DNA from: Eubacteriales bacterium
GTDB taxonomy: Bacteria > Bacillota > Clostridia > Oscillospirales > CAG-272
Assembly: GCA_045634425.1 (NCBI GenBank)
Contig: JAZRAF010000097.1
Coordinates: 1 to 63,810 of the forward strand
Length of the DNA: 63,810 nucleotides
Reading direction: 5' to 3'
Shown here: positions 46,752 to 54,685 of the stretch, piece after piece
How positions within the stretch are numbered: position 1 is the stretch's first letter
Layout: the number at the start of each line of letters is the position of its first letter
Translations under genes and position numbers: made by a program
The notes under the pieces: model-generated
Told to the model about the DNA's origin: nothing
The model's input: the letters and a program-made list of their open reading frames with translations, nothing else
Database searches by the model: none

Positions 46752-48152
46752 ATGTCAGAAAAATCTATTGGACAGAAAATGCTGGAGTCTCTCTCTTACA
46801 GCAAGAAAAACGTATTTGAAGAGGCTTCCGCCGAAAAGAACAAGGCAATCTACGACTATGCAGTCGGTTATATGAATTACCTTGATAACGCAAAGACCGA
46901 GCGCGAGGCGGTAGTTACGTCTATCGACATGCTTAAAAAGCAGGGATACACCGAGTATAAGATCGGCGACAAGATCGCAGTTGGCGACAAGAAGTATCTC
47001 AACCAGCACGGCAAGTGCCTTATCGCATTCAAGGTTGGTACCGATGATATCGCAACCGAGGGTATCCGTATTCTCGCGTCTCACATCGACTCCCCCAGAA
47101 TCGACCTCAAGCAGATCCCTATGTACGAGGATGCAGGTATGTGCTTCCTTAAGACCCATTATTACGGCGGCGTAAAGAAGTATCAGTGGACCGCTATTCC
47201 TCTTGCACTTCACGGCGTTATCGTTAAGGCAGACGGCGAGGTAGTTGACGTTAAGATCGGTGACGAGGCAAACGATCCCATATTCTATATCAACGACCTT
47301 CTCCCCCACCTTGGTCAGCGCCAGGCCTCCGAGCCTCTTGGCAGTGCTATCTCCGGCGAGACCCTTAACATTCTCATTGGCGGACTTCCTTACGACGACA
47401 AGGACGTAAGCGACAAGATCAAGCTTACCGCGCTTTCTCTCCTTAACGACAAGTACGGCGTTACCGAAGAGGATTTCATTAGCGCAGAACTTTCTCTCGT
47501 TCCCGCATTCAACGCTCGTGATATCGGCTTTGACAGAGCACTTATCGGCGCATACGGTCACGATGACAAGGTATGCTCCTATCCCGCGCTTACCGCTCTT
47601 ATCGAGGGTGACGCAACCACTAAGACTGTTATGGTAGTTCTCGCTGACAAGGAGGAGATCGGCTCGGTTGGTATGACCGGTATGCAGTCCGATATCCTTG
47701 TTGACGTTATCAACGAGATCTCCGCTAACCTTGGCAAGAACGGCGCAGTTGTTCGCGCTAACTCCAAGTGCCTCAGCGCAGACGTTACCGCTGCTTACGA
47801 CCCCAACTTCGCAGACGTTTACGAGAAGAGAAACAGCGCTATGATCTCCTGCGGTACTACTATGAGCAAGTACACCGGCGCTCGCGGCAAGTCCTCCACC
47901 AACGATGCTTCTGCTGAGTTCGTTGGATTCATCAGAAGACTCTTCGCAGAGAACGGCGTTATCTGGCAGACTGCTGAGCTTGGTAAGGTTGATGCAGGCG
48001 GCGGCGGAACCGTTGCTATGTACATCGCAAACCACAACATCGAGACCGTTGACCTTGGTGTGCCCGTGCTTTCTATGCACGCTCCCTACGAGGTTGTTTC
48101 CAAGGCTGACGTATATTCCACTCACGAGGCATTCCTTGCATTCGTAAAATAG
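46752..48152 (+). CDS. M18-family aminopeptidase
   Basis: 466 aa. ASHIDSPRIDLK, YGHDDKVCSY and VLADKEEIGS match M18 aminopeptidase-type metal-ligand regions. Confidence 0.85.
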   Translation: MSEKSIGQKMLESLSYSKKNVFEEASAEKNKAIYDYAVGYMNYLDNAKTEREAVVTSIDMLKKQGYTEYKIGDKIAVGDKKYLNQHGKCLIAFKVGTDDIATEGIRILASHIDSPRIDLKQIPMYEDAGMCFLKTHYYGGVKKYQWTAIPLALHGVIVKADGEVVDVKIGDEANDPIFYINDLLPHLGQRQASEPLGSAISGETLNILIGGLPYDDKDVSDKIKLTALSLLNDKYGVTEEDFISAELSLVPAFNARDIGFDRALIGAYGHDDKVCSYPALTALIEGDATTKTVMVVLADKEEIGSVGMTGMQSDILVDVINEISANLGKNGAVVRANSKCLSADVTAAYDPNFADVYEKRNSAMISCGTTMSKYTGARGKSSTNDASAEFVGFIRRLFAENGVIWQTAELGKVDAGGGGTVAMYIANHNIETVDLGVPVLSMHAPYEVVSKADVYSTHEAFLAFVK

Positions 48153-48197
48153 TTCCTCACTCAAAGATCGACAACATCGAATTTGAGGGAAGGGAAA

Positions 48198-49280
48198 ATG
48201 ATATTTAAAAAGTTAGAAAGAGCAGATGATCGTTACCGCGAGATAGAGCAGATGATCACTCTGCCGCACATAGTTTCAAATAACAAAGAATACTCCAAGC
48301 TTATGAAGGAGTATAAGTCGCTCACGCCTATAATTGAAAAATACCGTGAGTATAAGCAGGTTGAAAAGGAGCTCACCGAGGCTGACGAAATGATGCGCGA
48401 TGCCTCGGTCGATCCCGACCTGCGCGAGCTTGCAGAGGAAGAATACAAAGAAAACAAGGAGCGCCTTGCGGTGCTTTTTGAGGAGCTTCGCATACTCCTG
48501 ATCCCGAGAGATCCTAACGATGACCGTAACGTTGTTGTAGAGATCAGACAGGGCGCAGGTGGCGAGGAGGCGGCGCTTTTTGCTGCAGACCTTTACCGTA
48601 TGTACTCTATGTACGCAACCTCAGAGGGCTTTAAAACCGAGGTCACCGTGCTTAACGAGACCGAGCTTGGTGGCATAAAAGAGATAAACTTTATGGTTAT
48701 CGGCGACGGCGCGTATTCTAAGTTCAAGTTTGAAAGCGGTGTTCACAGAGTGCAGAGAATACCCGTGACCGAGTCAAACGGAAGAATACAGACCTCAACC
48801 GTTACCGTTGCGGTACTCCCCGAGGCTGAAGAGGTTGAGATCGAGGTTAACCCCGCCGATATCAAAATTGAGTCCTGTAAGTCGAGCGGTGCAGGCGGTC
48901 AGCATATCAACAAGACCGAATCTGCCGTCCGTCTCACTCATAAGCCTACGGGTATCGTTATCGAATGCGACCAGGAGCGTAGCCAGCTTCAGAACAAGGA
49001 GCGTGCGCTCAAGATCCTTTACACCAAGCTTTACGATATGAAGCAGCGTGCACAGGATGAAATGATAGCCTCAACACGAAAGAGCCAGGTTGGTAGCGGC
49101 GACCGCAGCGAGAAGATAAGAACCTATAATTATCCTCAGTCGCGTATCACCGATCACCGTATAAATAAGACGGTGTTTAACCTCGGTGCTTTCTTGAACG
49201 GCGATATGAACGATATAATTATCGACTTGATCTCTGCCGATACCGCAGAGCGTCTTAAGGGTGAGCAAAATGATTACTAA
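48198..49280 (+). CDS. prfA: Peptide chain release factor 1
   Basis: 360 aa. PVT tripeptide (RIPVTES) and the GGQ motif (SGAGGQHINKTESAVRLTH). Confidence 0.96.
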   Translation: MIFKKLERADDRYREIEQMITLPHIVSNNKEYSKLMKEYKSLTPIIEKYREYKQVEKELTEADEMMRDASVDPDLRELAEEEYKENKERLAVLFEELRILLIPRDPNDDRNVVVEIRQGAGGEEAALFAADLYRMYSMYATSEGFKTEVTVLNETELGGIKEINFMVIGDGAYSKFKFESGVHRVQRIPVTESNGRIQTSTVTVAVLPEAEEVEIEVNPADIKIESCKSSGAGGQHINKTESAVRLTHKPTGIVIECDQERSQLQNKERALKILYTKLYDMKQRAQDEMIASTRKSQVGSGDRSEKIRTYNYPQSRITDHRINKTVFNLGAFLNGDMNDIIIDLISADTAERLKGEQNDY

Positions 49281-50319
49281 TGTAATTAAAATTGCTGAAA
49301 TTAACGAAAATTCGAGGGCAGAAATTGCCAAAGCGGCTGATGTTATCACATCCGGCGGACTCGTTATCTTTCCTACCGAAACGGTTTACGGCCTCGGTGC
49401 GGATGCTACGAATGCCGATGCGGTGAAGAAGATATACGTCGCTAAGGGCCGCCCCTCGGACAACCCCCTTATTATTCACATAGCTAATCCCGAAGAGGCT
49501 GAGGCATACACTTACACCGTTCCGCTTTATTATAAGCTTGCAGAGCGTTTTATGCCCGGTCCTCTTACCGTGATACTTAAATCCAAGGATACCATTCCCC
49601 ACGCAACTCGCGGCGGCCTCGATACGGTTGCCGTAAGATGCCCCTCGAGCATTATCGCCCGCACGCTTATCGAGTGCGCAGGAGTGCCGATTGCAGCCCC
49701 CTCGGCTAATCTCTCGGGCACACCCTCTCCCACAAGCGCAGAGCACGTTATAGACGATATGATGGGCAGGGTAGACGTGATAATTGCATCCGACGACTCC
49801 GAGATCGGCCTTGAATCCACTATCGTAAATATCGAGGACGACAACACGTTGACACTCCTTCGCCCCGGTAAGATCACCGTGGACGATCTACTCACAGTTG
49901 TTGACGTCGTCAAGATCGCTGATTCGGTAACCGATAAGCTTGCTGAGGGCGCAGTTGCGCTTTCTCCCGGAATGAAGTATAAGCACTACGCTCCCAAGGC
50001 GCCGCTTATGCTCGTTGATTGCTCCGATGCAAAATATGAGGAGTTTATAAAAGAAAACAATGCGAATATGGTTGCTGTTCTTGCTTACACCGAGCAGCTC
50101 GATCGCATTCACTCGGCCGCGCCCGACGTCTATTGCTTTGACTTTGGCTCAAAGGACGACGAAGCGGACCAGGCCGCACGTCTGTTCTCGATACTCAGAG
50201 AAACAGACAAGCATTCCTTTACAGCTATTTACGCCCCGTTACCGAAAACAAGCGGAATGGGACTTGCACTTTATAACAGAATGATCCGTGCGGCAGCGCA
50301 TAGGATCGTTAGATTGTGA
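49270..50319 (+). CDS. tsaC: L-threonylcarbamoyladenylate synthase, long form (TsaC/Sua5/YwlC)
   Basis: 349 aa. VIFPTETVYGLGADA, KGRPSDNPLIIH, APSANLSGTPSPT and a C-terminal Sua5 domain. Overlaps the prfA 3' end. The ORF opens at GTG 49261. Confidence 0.9.
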   Translation: MITNVIKIAEINENSRAEIAKAADVITSGGLVIFPTETVYGLGADATNADAVKKIYVAKGRPSDNPLIIHIANPEEAEAYTYTVPLYYKLAERFMPGPLTVILKSKDTIPHATRGGLDTVAVRCPSSIIARTLIECAGVPIAAPSANLSGTPSPTSAEHVIDDMMGRVDVIIASDDSEIGLESTIVNIEDDNTLTLLRPGKITVDDLLTVVDVVKIADSVTDKLAEGAVALSPGMKYKHYAPKAPLMLVDCSDAKYEEFIKENNANMVAVLAYTEQLDRIHSAAPDVYCFDFGSKDDEADQAARLFSILRETDKHSFTAIYAPLPKTSGMGLALYNRMIRAAAHRIVRL

Positions 50320-50330
50320 CGGTATATTTA

Positions 50331-52553
50331 ATGGCAAAGAAGAAAACTAAGGTTGAAGACCCGAAGCTCAACGAAGCACTTCCGACAGAGCAGCCGATAA
50401 CCGAAACGCTCGAGAAAAACTATATGCCTTACGCAATGAGCGTAATAGTCTCCCGTGCGATACCCGAGATCGACGGCTTTAAGCCTTCTCACAGAAAGCT
50501 CTTATACACGATGTACAAGATGGGACTTTTGAAGGGCCAGAAGATCAAGAGCGCAAATATCGTTGGTCAAACGATGCAGCTTAACCCTCACGGCGACGCA
50601 TCCATATATGAAACTATGGTACGTCTTACAAGAGGACACGAAGCGCTCCTTCATCCCTTTATTGACTCTAAGGGCTCGTTCGGTAAGCACTATTCCCGTG
50701 ATATGGCGTATGCTGCTTCCCGTTATACAGAGGCCAAGCTTGACACATTCTGCCACGAATTATTCTCGGGGATTGATAAGAACGCTGTTGATTTTGTGCC
50801 TAACTATGACAACACGACCACTGAGCCTACGCTTCTTCCCACAACCTATCCCAACATACTCGTTTCACCCAACCTCGGTATCGCCGTAGGTATGGCGTGC
50901 TCCATATGCTCGTTCAACCTCGTAGAAATCTGCGACGGTACGATCGCGCTTCTTAAGAATCCCAATACCACGATTGATCGACTTCTTGACATCATCAAGG
51001 CTCCCGATTTCCCGGGCGGTGCAACGATCCTTTACGACCGCGAGCAGATGAAGAATATCTACACCACCGGTGTCGGCAGCTTCAAAATGCGCGCTAAGTA
51101 CGAGTACGTGAAGAAAGAGAACTGCATAGACATTCTCGAAATTCCTTACTCCTCGACTATTGAGTCTATAATGAAAAAAGCCACCGAGATGATAAAGCTC
51201 GGTAAGCTTCGTGAGGTTGCGGACGTCCGTGATGCTATCGACCTTAACGGCTTTAAGCTCACCTTTGATCTTAAAAAGGATGCAGATCCCGAGCTCGTTA
51301 TGCAGAAGCTGTTTGCCGCTACCGAGCTTGAGAATAACTTTGACTGTAACTTCAATATACTCGTCGAGGGCACTCCGCTTCAGCTTGGTGTCAAGGAAAT
51401 TCTCCTTGAGTGGATCAAGTTCAGAACTAAGTGCGTAAGACGCGAGCTTGAGTTTGACCTCGGCAAAAAGAGAGACAAGCTCCACCTGCTCGAGGGTCTT
51501 GCTAAGATCCTTCTTGATATCGACAAGGCCATCAGAATCATTCGTAAGACCGAGAAGGAAGAGGACGTTATCCCCAACCTTATGAAGGGCTTCGACATCA
51601 CCAAGGTGCAGGCAGAGTACGTAGCGGAAATCAAGCTGCGTAACCTCAACCGCGAGTATATCATCAACCGTGTCAAGGAAATTGACAACCTTCGTGCTGA
51701 GATCGCCGATATGGAGGAGACCCTTAAGGACGAGATCAAGCTTCGCTATCTCCTTATTTCCTCGCTTCAGGATATAAAGAAGACCTATGGCAAGCCGAGA
51801 AAGACCGAGCTTGTCGAGAAGGAGAGCGTAGTTGCACCCGTTAAGAAGGACATCTTCTTCGAGAATTACAACTGTAAGCTCGTAATGACCCGTGCGGGTT
51901 ATTTCAAGAAGCTTTCCGTACAGGCGGCACGCAACGCCGATGAGCATAAGCTTAAGGAAGGCGACTTCGTTATATACGAGGAGGACACCGATAACCGCGG
52001 CGACGTTCTGTTCTTTACCGATAAAGCGCAGATCTACCGTGTCAAGGTTGCTGACTTCGAGCTTTGCAAGGCATCCAGTATGGGTGACTACGTCCCGACT
52101 AAGCTTTCAATGGACGATGACGAGCACGTAATCGCTTGTAAGATGATCTATGAGCTTAATCCTAAGCATCATATGGTATATATCTTTGAAAACGGTAAGG
52201 GCGTCAGAGTTTCCCTCGGTGCTTACGAGGCAAAAACCAAGCGTCGCAAGATCACCGGTGCTTATTCTGCAGCATCACCGCTCGCAGGTGCCGTTTACGA
52301 GGGCGATAAGCCCGTTCAGCTGTTCATTCGCTCCGATGCAGGCAAGGGAATGCTCATAAAGAGCTCGCTTGTTCCTGATAAGTCTACGAGAACCGCCGCA
52401 GGTACACAAATTATGCAGATGCCCAGAAACAAGGGCAAGGTAGAGTTCGTTACCGATAGAATCGAGGAGCTCGGCGAGGATGCAACCAAGTGTCGCAAGC
52501 TCGCAATTCCCTCGACCGGCGTTTCGCTCGGACAGCTTACTTTTAAATTTTAA
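50331..52553 (+). CDS. Type IIA topoisomerase subunit A (ParC/GyrA-like)
   Basis: About 740 aa. YMPYAMSVIVSRAIPEIDGFKPSHRKLLY, NPHGDASIYETMVRL, and the active-site Tyr in AASRYTEAKL. The start is uncertain: GTG 50316 overlaps the tsaC stop, or ATG 50331. Confidence 0.85.
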   Translation: MAKKKTKVEDPKLNEALPTEQPITETLEKNYMPYAMSVIVSRAIPEIDGFKPSHRKLLYTMYKMGLLKGQKIKSANIVGQTMQLNPHGDASIYETMVRLTRGHEALLHPFIDSKGSFGKHYSRDMAYAASRYTEAKLDTFCHELFSGIDKNAVDFVPNYDNTTTEPTLLPTTYPNILVSPNLGIAVGMACSICSFNLVEICDGTIALLKNPNTTIDRLLDIIKAPDFPGGATILYDREQMKNIYTTGVGSFKMRAKYEYVKKENCIDILEIPYSSTIESIMKKATEMIKLGKLREVADVRDAIDLNGFKLTFDLKKDADPELVMQKLFAATELENNFDCNFNILVEGTPLQLGVKEILLEWIKFRTKCVRRELEFDLGKKRDKLHLLEGLAKILLDIDKAIRIIRKTEKEEDVIPNLMKGFDITKVQAEYVAEIKLRNLNREYIINRVKEIDNLRAEIADMEETLKDEIKLRYLLISSLQDIKKTYGKPRKTELVEKESVVAPVKKDIFFENYNCKLVMTRAGYFKKLSVQAARNADEHKLKEGDFVIYEEDTDNRGDVLFFTDKAQIYRVKVADFELCKASSMGDYVPTKLSMDDDEHVIACKMIYELNPKHHMVYIFENGKGVRVSLGAYEAKTKRRKITGAYSAASPLAGAVYEGDKPVQLFIRSDAGKGMLIKSSLVPDKSTRTAAGTQIMQMPRNKGKVEFVTDRIEELGEDATKCRKLAIPSTGVSLGQLTFKF

Positions 52554-52555
52554 AA

Positions 52556-52590
52556 AACAAAATGCGCACTCGCTATGAGTGCGCATTTTA
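52556..52590. terminator. Bidirectional terminator between the topoisomerase gene and the response regulator gene
   Basis: 13-bp stem aaaatgcgcactc/gagtgcgcatttt, 5-nt loop. Confidence 0.85.
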
Positions 52591-52592
52591 TA

Positions 52593-53282
52593 TTAGATCA
52601 CGGTTTCAAACTTGTATCCAACGCCCCAAACGGTCTTAAGCGACCACTTGTCCGAAATGCCCTCGAGCTTCTCGCGAAGTCTCTTTACGTGCACGTCAAC
52701 GGTACGGGAGTCGCCGAGGTAATCAAAGCCCCAAACCTTGTCAAGCAGCTGATTTCTTGTGAAAACTCTGTTGCAGTTGGATGCGAGGAAGTAGAGAAGC
52801 TCGAGCTCCTTGGGGGGAATGTCGATCGCCTTGCCGTTAAGCTTAAGCTCATACTTCTGAAGGCTGATCTCGATGTTTTCAAACTTAACGACCTCTTCGT
52901 CGTTCTTCTTGGAATGTGCGTTATAACGGCGCAAAACTGCCTTGATTCTTGCGGAAAGCTCCTTCATATCAAAGGGCTTAACGATGAAGTCATCGGCGCC
53001 AAGCTCAAGGCCAAGCACCTTGTCAAAAACCTCACCCTTTGCAGTGATCATAATAACGGGCTTGGGAGAGATCTCTCTGATCTCGCGGCAAACCTGCCAT
53101 CCGTCCTTCTTGGGCATCATTATGTCAAGGAGAACGAGATCAGGCTCGTAAATCTTGAAGCAATTAAAGCCCTCAATGCCATCGTTGGCCGTCTTGACCT
53201 TGTAACCCTCGTTTTCAAAATAAATTTTAAGCATACCGCATATATTAACGTCATCGTCAATTATCAAAAGCTTGGTATCCAT
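52593..53282 (-). CDS. OmpR/PhoB-family response regulator (no cognate kinase in the window)
   Basis: 229 aa. Receiver domain (LLIIDDD...LVLLDIMMPKKDG) and winged-helix domain (FTRNQLLDKVWGFDYLGDSRTVDVHVKRLREKL). Confidence 0.92.
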   Translation of the reverse strand: MDTKLLIIDDDVNICGMLKIYFENEGYKVKTANDGIEGFNCFKIYEPDLVLLDIMMPKKDGWQVCREIREISPKPVIMITAKGEVFDKVLGLELGADDFIVKPFDMKELSARIKAVLRRYNAHSKKNDEEVVKFENIEISLQKYELKLNGKAIDIPPKELELLYFLASNCNRVFTRNQLLDKVWGFDYLGDSRTVDVHVKRLREKLEGISDKWSLKTVWGVGYKFETVI

Positions 53283-53338
53283 ATTTTCCTCCTTGAAATT
53301 ATTAACATTGTTAAAAAACTGAAAATCTTAACAATTAC

Positions 53339-53367
53339 ATTATACTCCAAAAGTGTGTAGATGTCAA
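53339..53367 (-). promoter_or_regulatory. Consensus sigma-A promoter for the response regulator gene
   Basis: The minus strand reads TTGACA-tctacacacttttggag-TATAAT (17-nt spacer). Confidence 0.6.
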
Positions 53368-53513
53368 GAATAAATTATTAACTTTTATCGCTTATATTTT
53401 TACATATTTTGATAAAAGCAGGGAAGCGCAGTACTGTTGCACCATCCAACGGTAATTCACCTGCTATTTTTTTGTATATTGACTGGGTACTATATATTTT
53501 TTACCGTTAACTA

Positions 53514-53542
53514 TTGAAAAATCAATAAAAATGTATTATAAT
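53514..53542 (+). promoter_or_regulatory. Sigma-A-type promoter for ychF
   Basis: TTGAAA (53514-53519), 17-nt spacer, TATAAT (53537-53542). Confidence 0.55.
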
Positions 53543-53590
53543 ATATTGATTGTAAAAAAACAAACCGAATAAGAAAGTAGGAATTTAAAT

Positions 53591-54685
53591 ATGAAGCTCG
53601 GTATTGTAGGACTTACTAACGTAGGAAAGAGTACACTTTTTAACGCTTTGACAAATGCGGGTGCAGAGTCCGCTAACTATCCCTTCTGCACGATAGATCC
53701 TAACGTTGGTATCGTTATGGTGCCCGACAAGAGACTTGACAAGCTTGCTGAGATGTACAAGCCCGAAAAGTTCACCCCCGCTGTTATAGAATTCGTTGAT
53801 ATCGCAGGTCTTGTTCGCGGTGCATCTAAGGGTGAGGGTCTTGGTAACAAGTTCCTTGCAAACATCCGTGAGGTTGATGCAGTAGTACACGTAGTTCGCT
53901 GCTTCGAAAACAATGACATCATCCACGTTGAGGGCTCTATCGATCCTCTTCGTGACGTTGAGACCATCGACATTGAGCTTATCCTCTCCGACCTTGAGAT
54001 CGTTGAGCGCGCTATCGAGCGCACCACCAAGGCAGCAAAGAGCGATAAGAAGCTTCTTGACAAGCTCGCAGTGCTTGAAAAGGTTAAGGCTGGTCTTGAG
54101 GAGGGCAAGTGCGCTCGTGCACTCGGTCTTGATGCCGAGGAGTGCGCTTACATCGAGGAATCCCGTCTTCTCACTCTTAAACCCATTATTTACGTTGCAA
54201 ATATCTCCGAGGGCGAGGTAGGCGGCGATTACGAGCAGAATCCCGGCTACATCAAGCTTAAGGCACACGCCGCAAGCGAGGGCAGCGAGATCATCGCAGT
54301 CAGCGCACAGATCGAGGCAGAGCTTGCAGAGCTCGAGGGCGAGGAAAAGGCAACCTTCCTTGCAGACCTTGGCATCGAGGAAAGCGGTCTTGACAAGCTT
54401 ATTAAGTCCGGCTATGCGCTTCTTGGCCTTATCAGCTTCCTTACCGCAGGTGTAAAGGAAGTTCGCGCTTGGACAATTAAAAAGGGCACGAAGGCTCCCG
54501 GCGCTGCCGGTAAGATACATACCGACTTTGAGCGCGGATTCATTCGTGCCGAGGTTGTTTCCTTCGACGATCTCGTTCGCGAGGGCGATAGAAACAAGGT
54601 TAAGGAAAAGGGACTTCTTCGTAGCGAGGGTAAGGAATACGTTATGAAGGACGGAGACATCGTTGAATTCTTATTCAACGTATAA
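53591..54685 (+). CDS. ychF: Ribosome-binding ATPase YchF
   Basis: 364 aa. [21 protein letters not shown], and C-terminal TGS domain with [14 protein letters not shown]. Confidence 0.96.
   Translation: MKLGIVGLTNVGKSTLFNALTNAGAESANYPFCTIDPNVGIVMVPDKRLDKLAEMYKPEKFTPAVIEFVDIAGLVRGASKGEGLGNKFLANIREVDAVVHVVRCFENNDIIHVEGSIDPLRDVETIDIELILSDLEIVERAIERTTKAAKSDKKLLDKLAVLEKVKAGLEEGKCARALGLDAEECAYIEESRLLTLKPIIYVANISEGEVGGDYEQNPGYIKLKAHAASEGSEIIAVSAQIEAELAELEGEEKATFLADLGIEESGLDKLIKSGYALLGLISFLTAGVKEVRAWTIKKGTKAPGAAGKIHTDFERGFIRAEVVSFDDLVREGDRNKVKEKGLLRSEGKEYVMKDGDIVEFLFNV

Noticed and set aside
46755-48164. 469-aa antisense ORF covering the entire aminopeptidase gene.
   Set aside because: It is in exact codon register with the sense gene. 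Its composition is low-complexity and rich in Val, Leu, Asn, Cys and Ser. It has no RBS and no recognisable motif. The sense strand encodes a full-length M18 aminopeptidase. It is explained by the absence of TTA/CTA/TCA codons.
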